Source: Heteronotia binoei (Eukaryota). From it: a stretch of 64,000 nt of DNA. The translations under genes and the position numbers were made by a program. Every line of letters begins with the position of its first letter. Position 1 is the stretch's first letter. The notes below the pieces were generated by a model. It saw only the letters and a program-made list of their open reading frames with translations. It was not told the DNA's origin and did no database searches. Shown here in pieces: positions 25,100 through 36,576 of the stretch. The stretch spans positions 40,176,001-40,240,000 of the forward strand of contig NC_083240.1 of assembly GCF_032191835.1 (NCBI RefSeq), read 5' to 3'.

Positions 25100-27449
25100 C
25101 CTCCCCCCCCAGTCTCTGGATTCACTCACCTTTACCAGTACTTACCAGCTTGGCGTCTCATCACTTCCGATCGATGGGTCCTTGCCATCATAGAGGAGGG
25201 TTATGGGATAGAATTTGCTCAACTCCTGACCACGTCTGTGTTTGCGATAACTCCTCCAAACCAGGTTCTCCTAGAAGAGGTACAGAACCTCCTGGAAAAG
25301 TAAGCAATGGAGCGGGTTCCCAGTCACTACAGGGGACAAGGATTCTACTCCCGTTACTTTGCAGTTCCCAAGAAGGATGGAGGGATAAGACCCATCATGG
25401 ACCTCCGGGGGTTGAACGAATTCATCGGGTATCAAAAACTCCGTATGCTGACTCTGCAAGGCATCTTACCTCTAATTAAGCAGGGAGATAGGATGGCTAC
25501 CTTGGATTTACAGGATGCATACTTCCATATTACCATCCACCCTTGCCAAAGGATGTTCCTCCGGTTTGCTATTGGGACCGATCATTACCAGTACAAGGCC
25601 CTCCCCTTTGGCCTGTCTACTGCCTCAAGAGCGTTCACAAAAACTATGGTGGTAGTAGCAGCCTACCTTCATCTCCAGGGAGTAATATTGTTCCCGTACA
25701 TAGATGATTGGGGGGGGGGGGGCGCGAGTTCGTGGGACCTCCTCCTTCAACACCCGGAAACCACCCTTGGTCTTCTCACCAGGGTAGGTCTGAGAATAAA
25801 TGCCAAAAAATCTCATCTAACCCCGGTTACGAGGGTACAGTTTATTGGAGTGGTGCTGGACACCGGAGGGTATCGAGCTTTCCTTCCAGCCAGTTTGGTG
25901 TAGTGGTTAAGTGTGCGGACTCTTATCTGGGAGAACTGGGTTTGATTCCCCACTCCTCCACTTGCACCTGCTAGCGTGGCCTTGGGTCAGCCATAGCTCT
26001 GGCAGAGGTTGTCCTTGAAAGGGCAGCTGCTGTAAGAGCCCTCTCAGCCCCACCCACCTCACAGGGTGTCTGTTGTGGGGGAGGAAGGTAAAGGAGATTG
26101 TGAGCCGCTCTGAGACTCTTCGGAGTGGAGGGCGGGATAGAAATCCAATATCTTCTTCTTCTTCTTCCACAACAGTGAGCGAGTGACATTGTGTCCCTGA
26201 TCAACCTACTGCAAACGCGGACGTCAGGCACTGTCTTACAGCTCCGGCGCCTCCCGGGACTGATGGTGGCAACAACCAGTGTACTCTTATTCGCCAAGTT
26301 GCACATGCGGACTCTGCAACTTTGGTTCATAAGACATTGCCACTGCTCAGCCAGGCCTCTTCGGAATCTCTGGATTCCCGAGGAAGTACTTCAGTCTTTG
26401 GATTGGTGGAAGCAGGAAGGAAACATCTTACAAGGTGCACCCTTCCACCTTCCTCCCCCATTGGTAACAGTGATGGATGCATCCCTTTGGGGATGGGGTG
26501 CTCACCTGAATGGCCTCTGTGTGGGGGGCCCCTGGCACCCTTCCCTCTTGCAACACCACATAAACTTCTTGGGACTCCTGGCGATTCAATATGCTCTCCG
26601 CTCATTCCACTCTCTCATAGCTCAACGTACGGTTGCCATCCTTACAGACGATACAACAGCCCTCAGTTATATCAACCGACGGGGGGGGGGGGGGGGGCTG
26701 TCTCAAGGAAGCTGTGCACTCTAATAATGGAGATCTGGGGGGAATACATCAGTCTGCAGATCTTTATTGTAGCAACCCACCTACCAGGGGAACTCAATGT
26801 ATAGGTGGACTCCCTCAGCAGGGGAGCTGCTCAGATTCACGAGTGGGAGATATCCTGGGCTTATTTGTTACCAGTGTTCCGTCGCTGGGGTCAACCTAAA
26901 ATCGACGTATTTGCAGCGAACCAGAACAAGAAGTGCCCCTTGTTCTGTTCCGGGGGGTACTAGTAGCAGCCTACCTTCGTCTACCCCTCTGGATAAAGAG
27001 GGTAGAATAACATTGGCAGGAAGTTTTATTCAGCAGGAGCCCTGGGCGTTAAAATCTCTAACTATTCAGCCTGTATGGCTTGCTATCATTATTCCCTGTA
27101 GGAACAACTTTTTGGGGGAGGGGGCAGGGGCGAGAACTTGCTGGTGGACAGTTTACTGCTTCCATGGAACAGTCTATCCCTCTACCTATTTCCACCTTTG
27201 CCGTTGCTGACCAAGGTTGTCAAGATACTACGCGACCATCCAGACTGCATACTAATAATGCCCTGGTGGGCGCATCAGAGTTGGTTTTCCGTGCTGGTGG
27301 GCCTGTCCAGAGGACACTTCCCTCTGAAACCAGATCTCCTGTCCCTACAAGGGGGGAAGCTGCTACTTCACAACATTCCTCACCTCAAGCTGACAGCATG
27401 GAGGATTGTTCCTCTGGCTTGTCAACGAGAGTGCAGCATGTCCTTCTAA
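25100..27449 (+). pseudogene. DIRS pol: reverse transcriptase, RNase H and methyltransferase-like domains, disrupted
   Basis: FYSRYFAVPKKDGGIRPIMDLRGLN, LDLQDAYFHI, YIDDW; MDASLWGWGAH, HINFLGLLAI; LYLFPP...ILIMPWW. Confidence 0.9.
25889..26166 (+). mobile_element. Squam3-like SINE inserted in DIRS RT
   Basis: Complete copy with (TCT)n tail; short cttcca duplication at the flanks; RT frame resumes after it. Confidence 0.88.
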
Positions 27450-28637
27450 ACAATCGCAAACTTTCTACACGCAAATCTTATAACTACAAATGGCAGAAAT
27501 TTACCTGCTTTGTGGGCTCTCACAGTACCAATCCAGCGAAGGTGAGACTGCCTGTGATATTTGATACTGTCCTTAGTGAATTCTGGACTTAACCACTCCT
27601 CGATCCGTGTCTACTTGGCTACTATTTCTGCCAACCACGAGACTATAGACATATGAACATATGAAGCTGCCTTATACTGAATCAGACCCCTGGTCCATCA
27701 AAGTCAGTCTTGTCTTCTCAGACTGGCAGCGGCTCTCCAGGGTCTCAAGCTGAGGATTTTCACACCTATTTGCCTGCACCCTTTTTTTGGAGATGCCAGG
27801 GATTGAACCTGGGACCTTCTGCTTCCCAATCAGATGCTCTACCACTGAGCCACCGTTCCTCCCAATTGCTCTGTGTTTGCCCATTCATTGGCTAAACGCT
27901 TTCTGAAGGGCTTACTGCGGTTACACCCTCCAACCAAGCAGATCTCAGCTCCTTGGGACTTGCCCCTAGTCTTGGATAAACTTTCGGGGAGACCCTTTGA
28001 GCCCAGGGCGACTTGTCCATTGACTCTCCTATCCTGGAAAACAGCCTTTCTTGTCGCCATCACTTCAGCAAGGAGAGTGGGAGAACTCAGGGCACTCCGT
28101 TTTGATTCTCCATACTTACGCTTCCACAATGACGGAGTGTCCCTTGCACCTGACATCACCTTCCTTCCCAAGGTGGTCTCTAAATTTCATCTGAACTCGG
28201 AAATCACACTCACAACATTCTTCCCTAACCCTTCTTCTCTAGAGGAGAAGAAGTTGCACTCTCTAGATGCAAAGTGAGCCTTGCTGTTCTTCTTAAGTCG
28301 AACAAGAACCTATGGGAAAGACCCTCATTTGTTCATTTCCTATGCTACATGCAGGCAGGGTACTAAAATCTCTGCTCAACAGTTGTCAAAGTGGCTTACA
28401 GAGACCATCAAGTTGCGCTACTTGCTAGCTAAAAGACCCCTACTGGGCCCTATACGAGGACATTTCACAAGGGCATTGGCTACATCAACGGCCTTTCTTC
28501 AGGGTGCCTCTCTGTCTGACATATGTAAAGCAGCGACCTGGGTCTCGCCGCATGCCTTCACGAAGCACTATGCTCTGGACTTCCGCCGCCATCAGAAGGC
28601 TCAGTTGGGATGTCTAGTGTTGCAGGCGGCTACCTAG
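27410..28637 (+). pseudogene. DIRS tyrosine recombinase, interrupted by a SINE and a stop codon
   Basis: AITSARRVGELRAL (catalytic R), GHFTRA (HxxR), AATW...FTKHY (catalytic Y). Confidence 0.9.
27650..27862 (-). mobile_element. Squam2-like SINE inserted in the DIRS recombinase
   Basis: Removing it restores ISANHETIDNCSVFAHSLAKRFLKG. Confidence 0.85.
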
Positions 28638-28683
28638 ATCTGACCTCCATCACCCTCTTCCAGGTAGGTCTGCTTGCTAGTCT

Positions 28684-28777
28684 CCCATGGGTGTGAAGTA
28701 CAGAGACCACGAAGAAGATAAACAGGTTGCTTACCTGTAACTGATGATCTTTGAGTGGTCATCTGTGCATTCACACC
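28684..28777. repeat. DIRS internal complementary region (ICR)
   Basis: 28684-28719 is the reverse complement of the left end (22897-22932); 28720-28777 is the reverse complement of the right end (28998-29055). Confidence 0.92.
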
Positions 28778-29980
28778 ACCCTTCTTCCCCACTGCTGTCG
28801 GTTCTTTGCTGATCTTAGTAAAAAAAACCAAAAAACAACTTTTTGACAGCGGTCAGAAGGAACTGGCGGGATATCTGTGCCCCGCCCAGTGGGCATGCGC
28901 AGTAGGGGCTCTGCACATGCCCACTGACTGCAGAGCACTAAAATTCCGGGCTTTTTAATGTACCGATCTGGATCAGCGCAGGTGCCCTGTTCCCATGGGT
29001 GTGAATGCACAGATGACCACTCGAAGATCATCAGTTACAGGTAAGCAACCTGTTTTTTCCTTCTCTCTCTGATGCCAAAAAATCAGGGTTTTTTTTTTAG
29101 CGGGAATGCAGTTCCGGCTGGCTTGGTGTCAGGGGGTATGGCCAAATATGCAAATGAGTTTCTGCTGGGCTTTTTCTACCAAAATGCTCTATGTGAAATA
29201 ATGGTGACATCACGGAGTGTGGCCTAATATGCAAATGAGTTCCTGCTGGCTTTTTCTACAAAAAAGCCCTGCAAAAAATAATTCCCTAACCTTTCCCTTT
29301 GCTGTTCTTATGGAGACTGTTATTCCCGGATTTTGTTTTTTAAAAAGTCTCCTTCTAGCATGGTTGTGTTGTAAAAAGCATACATATGTATTTTGTCTTT
29401 CTGTGCAAAGAAAGTAGTAAGACTTTTAATAAAGACATGTAATACTTGTTAATGCAGGGGTATCGAACTCATTTGTTGGGAGGGGTAGGGGAGTTGCCAC
29501 CACTGAGGCAGCAAAACTGGGATTCAGAGAGGTGGGGATCAGGGATCCGCACCAGGTCTGGATTCTGGAGGGTTGTCTTCTGCTACTTCCCTAGGGTGTC
29601 CAGATGAAGTGTACTCCTGCCTGGCTACAGTAGCTTCCCCCCACTGCTCTAGCAGAGAAATGATTTAAATTCTTCTGCACACCTTGGGCCCTAAGCTTGC
29701 ATCTCCATCTGCCCAATCCTGGAATTTAAGTATCTACAGATTGGGGTACAATTGGCTATTAGATATAACAACTGGCGGGCCAGGTATTAACCCTTATTGA
29801 CGTCTGTGGGAGAATTTTCACGAGCAGTTCAAAACTTCTTTGGGTTGACACCTCAAAAGTTACACATCCTTGTGGGTAGTATTAATCATTTGCAGTTAAC
29901 CCCACCAACTTTTGGAAAGATTTGGTTGTCATTTCTTCTCGCCACAGGCAAATAACTGTTCATAAATCTCGCTTTGGCTC

Positions 29981-30180
29981 TGACCTGGATAGCCCAGGCA
30001 AGCCTGATCTCATCAGATCTCGAAAGCTAAGCAAGGTTGACTCTGGCAAGAACTTGGATGGGAGACCTCCTTAGAATACCAGAGCCGGAGGCAGGGCCAG
30101 CCTTTATTCAGTCACCTCTCTAAATAATCTCCATGCTCCTAGTAGGTCACCAGAGGTCGCCATGACTTCCAGGTGCACGT
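29981..30180 (+). mobile_element. 5S rRNA-derived SINE; other copies at ~50110-50260(-), ~53600-53745(-), ~55310-55440(-), ~59380-59580(-) and ~63241-63440(+)
   Basis: gatctcatcagatctcgaaagctaagcaagg...cttggatgggagacc resembles a diverged 5S head followed by a non-5S body. Confidence 0.7.
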
Positions 30181-30407
30181 ACACATACAAATACAAATAA
30201 ATACTTCTTGCTTTGGTGTTAATAAGCATTGATTATTTAATAGCAAGCTTCTAAAACCAGGTAGGGGAGGGGTTTGGTCCGGTTGCATAAAGAAGAGCCG
30301 TCAGCCCAACTGTAAGGTCCGCTCACTGTGGGATAGGAACCTGAGCTGGTTGATCACAAGACTTTTACCCCCATGGTATAAATACTGTCTGTTGTTGTGT
30401 TTAACAG

Positions 30408-30633
30408 AAGGGGACTGTAGTTGCCTTGGAAAAAACATCTTGCCAGACGGCAAAGGATGACCAGTGCCAGCATTCCTCTCAAGTGCCTCTTCGCCCTGTG
30501 GAATCATCATCCTTGCATTCTGAAGCTTTGATGCCACCTGCGCCCCCACCTCCTCCCCCCCCCTCCTCCCCCTCCACTGCCACCTCCACCAGTACCTCGG
30601 TGTCTCAGTAAGACTGAAGGCACTAAGAAACAG
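30408..30633 (+). CDS. PRR11: PRR11 exon 5 (proline-rich); apparent +1 frameshift in a C9 run
   Basis: aacag|AAG...CAG|gtgatg; 226 nt between phase-0 neighbours; removing one C at 30555-30563 gives the poly-Pro tract then VPRCLSKTEGTKKQ. Confidence 0.85.
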
Positions 30634-30911
30634 GTGATGTGATTGTACAAATTGTCTGGTCAGAGATTCGTTTAGACAAGTATATTGTGTTTTGGAAACA
30701 TGGGAGGTGGTGATGAAAGGCAGACTGATTTTCAGGAATAGACTGCTTCTGAAGGTCGAGGGTCAGTTTATTTTTACATGTTTCTATGATTTATTTGGTT
30801 GCTTGTCCACACCACCTTTGGGGAGCTCAGGTGCGCATAGCTTCTCTCCCTCCTGTTTTATCCTCGCAACAACGCTGTGAGGCAGGCTTAGGTGGAGAGA
30901 TGGTGACCTTT

Positions 30912-31124
30912 GGGGCGGGACGGTGGCTCAGTGGTAGAGCATCTGCTTGGTAAGCAGAAGGTCCCAGGTTCAATCCCCGGCATCTCCAACTAAAAAGGCT
31001 CCAGGCAAGTAGGTGTGAAAAACCTCAGCCTGAGACCCTGGAGAGCCGCTGCCAGTCTGAGTAGACGATACTGACTTTGATGGACCAAGGGTCTGATTCA
31101 GTATAAGGCAGCTTCATATGTTCA
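30912..31124 (+). mobile_element. Squam2-like SINE
   Basis: Complete copy. Confidence 0.8.
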
Positions 31125-32093
31125 AGCATCATACCAGACCTTGGATTTATTCTTTACGGATTTGTTAAAGTATTTAAATAACTGCTTTTTGACAGTAGAA
31201 TCTTTAAAAATAATAATAAACAATATACCAGCAACAAGGAAGGGGAGATACTGATGAGATCAACAACAACAACCTTTCGATTGCCATTAAAGGTTGTTGT
31301 TGTTGATAAGATCACATCAAAATGTTACACAAGCAGCAAGGATCAGATGGGTTCACTTAGCTGCACCAGCTTCCTACATCCTAGCAAGCAGGGTGCCAGC
31401 CGTGTCTTCCTGCAGAGAGGACTCGATGCTCTTGCTGCTGTCCTGTGCCACAGCTCAGGCGCCAGCGCATGTAGTTGGCCTCATCCAAAGACTTTGGAGT
31501 CCAGGTAAGAACCTACTGGAGAAGGTGATCCTTCAGGTGTCCTGGAACCAAATCGTTCAAGATTTTAATGCTCCAGCTCAGCATTGTAAATTGGACCTGG
31601 AAACGAAATTGGTAGCCAGTGAAGTTGGAATGCAGGATCAGTTTGACTGACGGAGAAAATAATTGGGCCGCTGCTCTTTTCATGAATTGAGGTTTCTGTG
31701 GTCTGACATCCTAACTACTATCCCCCTCTGGCTGTCATTGAGCTAGCTCTAAAATGTATTCAGCAATAGAAAACAGAAAAGACTTTCTCCCATGCTAAAT
31801 AGCCAATAAATCAATGTCTACAATAAATCTATAGATCTAGCTACCCATATCTTTATTGCTTATCATGGTTTATTGGCTATTTAGCATGGGATAAACTCTT
31901 TTTATGGTTTTCTTTGTCTGCTGTTGAACGTACTTTATTGTTATAATTTAAGTGTGTCTTCTGTGTTTTTGGAGTTTGCTCATGGAACCTTTTTAGTTAA
32001 TCTTTTTGTTTGAGTTGGGGTTTTGTTGTCCCCCCTCCTTCCCCCCCCCTTTTTTTGCAGGGGGGGGTGGGCTTTACAAGTGAGTTAACTCTT

Positions 32094-32473
32094 GTTTGGT
32101 GTAGTGGTTAAGTGTGCTGACTCTTATCTGGGAGAACCAGGTTTGATTCCCCACTCCTCCACATGCACCTGCTAGCATGGCCTTGGGTCAGCCATAGCTC
32201 TGGCAGAGGTTGTCCTTGAAAGGGCAGCTGCTGTAAGAGCCCTCTCCAGCCCCACCCACCTCACAGGGTGTCTGTTGTGGGGGAGGAAGGGAAAGGAGAT
32301 TGTGAGCCGCTCTGAGACTCTGTCCTTGAAAGGGCAGCTGATGTGAGAGCCCTCTCCAGCCCCACCCACCTCACAGGGTGTCTGTTGTGGGGGAGGAAGG
32401 TAAAGGAGATTGTGAGCCTCTGAGACTCTTCGGTGTGGAGGGCAGGATAGAAATCCAATATCTTCTTCTTCTT
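32094..32473 (+). mobile_element. Squam3-like SINE with ~110-bp internal tandem duplication
   Basis: Units 32211-32320 and 32321-32429. Confidence 0.85.
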
Positions 32474-32838
32474 GTTGCTAACAGCCATAGAGACACCATT
32501 CTGGTATGATTCTATCCAAGCTCTCTTTAAAAAAAAAAAAAAAAAGTAGTTACCATTCCACACCTATCAGACACACACAGCATAACAAGTTGAGAGCTCC
32601 TGCATAAATTAGTGTGCTCTGGGCCCATCCTTTCTGAGCTAAGACAAAAATGTGTGAGCTGGAGGCTGAAAAACTGTGAGTTAGCGCACACTAATTCAGC
32701 TTAGAGGGAACAGTGGTTCAGTCCGAACTATAGAGTTCAGCAAGACCTTAGGGATCTGAGCTCTGCCGAAGTGACCTTAACTCCTTTCTCATTCCCTCCC
32801 CCCTTTCATTGCCTTGCCACTTTCGCCTTTTGGTACAG

Positions 32839-32937
32839 GATGCTCTGTCAAAAACAGATGTGCCCAGGCAAATAACCCTCAAGGATCTCCTCAGCGTGAA
32901 ATTAAAGAAGACACAAAGTTGCCTGAAAATAGAAAAG
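32839..32937 (+). CDS. PRR11: PRR11 exon 6
   Basis: DALSKTDVPRQITLKDLLSVKLKKTQSCLKIEK (human QITVKDLLTVKLKKTQS); canonical ag/gt. Confidence 0.93.
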
Positions 32938-33497
32938 GTATGTAAATACAGTTAATATTAAAATACTCTGGGCTAGGTGGTTTGGAGCGGCAGCCTAAGA
33001 ATCCTTTGAGTTGCCTCTGTGGCAACAGACTGGAACACAGGACCTGGTGAAACAAACCTGGGGGCAGCACAGTGATGGAAGCTGCGATGTTGTAAGGAAG
33101 ACTCTGTGGATGTGCCCGGCAAATTGTATCTGGGGTCATTTGGTACAACTGCTCCCTGGCTCCAGTCACTGCCCTGTACAAGAGCAGAATTCTGTACCCC
33201 TATCTATAAGCTTCAATTTAGGGAGCAAAGGTAAAACTAAAACGAGCCGCTCCTTGTGGGCACACATATACCAAGATTTCTCCCGGAATCACATATCAGC
33301 TTTCTAAATTATGCAGCCTTTTGAATGTGGATTGTGGGAAGGCCAGGTAGAAGCAACGGTTCCAAATCTTGAGTGGTTGGTTGGTGGGTTGCGTTGTGTT
33401 TTTCACTGACCCCAAATCACCACTCATAGCCAATTAAGAACAAGTTAGCAGTCAAGTCGTTTGACCCAGAGAGAAATCCAGTTTTCAGGGTTACACC

Positions 33498-33754
33498 TAG
33501 GCTTCCCAATCCCCAGGTCCCAGCAGGGGATCCCCCGGTTTTACAGGCCTCCCCCTGCCCCCAGCTAGCTGGTTGGCGGGGGAAACCCCGCTCCCACAGC
33601 CACCACACTAGATCTTGGGCAGGTTTAGAAGCCTGCAAACAGGTCTGTTTCAAAGTGTGTGTGTGTGCCTTTAAAGTTGAGCAGGAAGTACTTAATGGGA
33701 AGGGTCAGCAACACAGTCCCTCTGTTTGTTTTGCTTTAGTTTCAGAGCAACTAA

Positions 33755-33791
<37 letters not shown>

Positions 33792-34344
33792 CAGCGTAGC
33801 CCCTGTTCTTTTCAGATGTCCTTGTGGAGGAACCAGACCCAGTGTGTGTGTGAGAGAGAGAGGGGGTTGCCAGTCCCCAGGTTTGGAGGCCCCCCCCCCC
33901 CCGCTTTAGGGTCATCAGAAAGCAGCCGGGGGGGAGGGGAAAAATGTCTACTGGGCAATTATTCCCTATGGAGAACAATTCCCATAGGGAATAATGGGAA
34001 ATTGATCCGGGGGGGCTGTTTTTTGATGTAGAAGCACCGAATTTTCAGTGTAACATCTGGTGCCTCTCCCCAAAATACCCTCCAAGTTTCAAAACTATTG
34101 GACCAGGGGGTCCAATTCTATGAACCCCAAAAGAAGGTACCCCTATCCATTATTTCCTATGGAAGGAAGGCATTTTAAAAGGTGTGCTATCCCTTTAAAT
34201 GTGATGGCCAGAACTCCCTTGGAGTTCAATTATGCTTGTTACACCCTTGCTCCACCCCCAATGTCTCCTGGCTCCACCCCCAAAGTCTCCTGGCTCTGCC
34301 CCCAAAGTCCCCAGATATTTCTTGAATTGGACTTGGCAACCCTA
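33498..34344. mobile_element. Non-autonomous hAT element (TAGGGTTGCCA TIR family)
   Basis: Exact 8-bp TSD gttacacc. Confidence 0.8.
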
Positions 34345-34983
34345 GTTACACCTCTGAGGATGCCAGTCACAGTTGCTGGCGAAACGTCAGGTCTCACAAT
34401 GCCAAGACCACGGCCACACAGCCCGGAAAATCTACAACAACCAATGGACTCCAGCTGTGAAAGCCTTCAACAACATACAGTCAAGTCATTGTGAAAAATG
34501 TAGGACTTGGATAAAAATACACATAAATGAATATATGGGGCTGCCTTTTAGATTTTTAGTTGCAGGCAGCACCTTCATCCTTTCCTTGGTGAACTTAAAC
34601 CTGCACTGAGTAGTCAGATAAATTTCTTTTGGTATTGGAGGACTCCAAAGGCATGAAAGCTGTCACCTGTGAGGTAATCTATAAGAGCTTGTTCAATGCT
34701 TCCTCACGGCTTTACCTGTGAAAAACAAAGTTTGTGGCCCCTGAAAAAGCTTGGTTTCAAAGTGTATAGGTAGTTCCCAGTAATCTCCATTGCCAGATGG
34801 ACACGCTGAGCAAGTTCTGTAAGGCTTAGTGGACCGTGCTTGGGGTGGAGCAGAGGCTATCATTGGAATTGTTTCAGTTTTAGGAATGCAAGATGCCATA
34901 ACTATAGAGCTACCAACCGCTTGTGACCTTGATGGACTTTTTAAAATATATATAATTTTCTTTTTTTTTTTAATATTCTGAAG

Positions 34984-35093
34984 GGATCGCCTTTGCAGAA
35001 ACGGAGGGCGTTAATTACCATCTCAGATTTACAGAGCATTAATCTGAAATCCAAAGTTGCAGCGCCACCTAACGGCAGTGCAAACGGTTCAAG
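34984..35093 (+). CDS. PRR11: PRR11 exon 7
   Basis: GSPLQKRRALITISDLQSINLKSK (human LVTVSDLQHVTLK); AG|gtgagg. Confidence 0.9.
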
Positions 35094-35231
35094 GTGAGGG
35101 TTTCTGCTGCTCCCTCTGATTTCGTAGACGTCTGCGTTACTGACGCTTGTAAACTAACAGTAAAACAGTATAGGTCTGCTTTTCAATCCTGGGCTTGAAT
35201 TTTACTGTTTGCGTCCTGTTTTTCCCTCCAG

Positions 35232-35291
35232 CACACCCGGCAGAAGTTGCTTAGATTTTCGAAAACACTTAAGAAGGGTATCTATTCAGAG
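35232..35291 (+). CDS. PRR11: PRR11 exon 8
   Basis: [20 protein letters not shown] (human TPGKSQMDLRKLLRKVDVER); phase 2/2. Confidence 0.9.
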
Positions 35292-35421
35292 GTAATCTTT
35301 TTTATTTTTTCATTGCGGGGGGGGGGGGGGGAAGGGTGGTGCAGAAGTCTTTTAGGGAAACTGAAAATGAAAGCAATTGCTCTCTGGTGTTGGTTGTTGT
35401 TTACTCTTTCATCTCTTGCAG

Positions 35422-35518
35422 GAGCCCAGGTGGAACCCCTTTAACCCACAAAGAGAACCTTGAGACTGGCACAGGATTGACCCCGCTCATGACCCAGGCG
35501 CTTCGCCGCAAATTTCAG
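35422..35518 (+). CDS. PRR11: PRR11 exon 9 (KEN motif); ends at a GC donor
   Basis: [32 protein letters not shown]|gcaagg, near-identical to human. Confidence 0.93.
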
Positions 35519-35685
35519 GCAAGGCAATCTATCATAATAACTGCACCTTAAATTGAAGCCGCCCAACAGAAGCATGAGTGGCAGATGTTCAGCACAAAGT
35601 GGGGATAGAGGGTCTTCAGTGGCCTGTCACTAGTCTTCAGAGGTCCCTGCAACCACCACCAGTTGATATCTAGAGAGCTATAGAG

Positions 35686-36576
35686 CAGGGATGTCAAATA
35701 TGCAGCCTGGGGGCTGAATCAGGCTCCCGGAGGGCTCCTATAGGCCCCCGAGCAACCAGCTGTCATCTGAACATAAGAGAAGCCATGTTGGATCAGGCCA
35801 ATGGCCCATCCAGTCCAACACTCTGTGTCACACAGTGGCCCAAAAACCCAGGTGCCATCAGGAGTTCCATAAGAACATAAGAGAAGCTGTGTTGGATCAG
35901 GCCAATGGCCCATCCAGTCCAACACTCTGTGTCACATAAGAACATAAGAGAAGCCATGTTGGATCAGGCCAATGGCCCATCTGTGTCACACAGTGGCCAA
36001 AAAATATATAAATAAATAAATATATAAAATAAATAAATATATATATATATATATGCTTCCTTTTCCCTTCCTCTTGCTTCCTTCTGCATCACAGTTTGCT
36101 TTGCCAGACTTCCTCAATTGCACAGAAGCTACAGAGCAAAACCTCTGTTTTCTCCATTGGCTGAGGCACATCCCTTGGGGGGAGGAGGGGGGGAAGGCAG
36201 AGCTTGCTTTGCCAGGCTCTCTCAAAAGCACAGCAGAGCTACTGAGCCAAGCCTCTCTTCATTCTATTGGCTGAGGCTCCTCCCCCACCAGTCCCCTGGG
36301 GAAGGAAGGAAAGAGCCAGAGCTTCCTTTGCCCTGTTCCCTGGATCCCATGGGAGAAATACAAAGAAAGTACCTTAACAAGTGCTAACATTTTAAACATG
36401 TTTTAAGTTTAAAAAAAAATATTGTATTTGTCTGTGTCCTTTATGAATTCTATATCTCTGCTACCGAACCCTAAATAGGTACACGCATGGCCCGGCCCAA
36501 CCCGACTTGGCCCAGCTCTACAAGGTCTCATTTATGTCAGATCTGGCCCTCATAACAAATGAGTTTGACACCCCTG
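35686..36576. mobile_element. Second hAT MITE family (CAGGGATGTCAAA TIR) with CR1 3'-end insertions; related copy at ~54040-54610
   Basis: TIRs cagggatgtcaaa/tttgacacccctg; TSD ctatagag/ctctagag. Confidence 0.8.

Larger units (their letters stand above)
22897..29056 (+). mobile_element. Full-length DIRS1-type tyrosine-recombinase retrotransposon (inactivated) in PRR11 intron 4
   Basis: Inverted terminal repeats ~22897-23079 and ~28846-29029; ICR 28684-28777 complementary to both termini; gag, RT/RNase H/MT and YR remnants in order. Confidence 0.93.

Noticed and set aside
29690-29960. Possible degenerate L1/Tx1 RT fragment (FKYL...)
   Set aside because: Similarity too weak to support by eye
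29981-30100. 5S rRNA gene
   Set aside because: Diverged from 5S and followed by a repeat body shared with other dispersed copies; a SINE head
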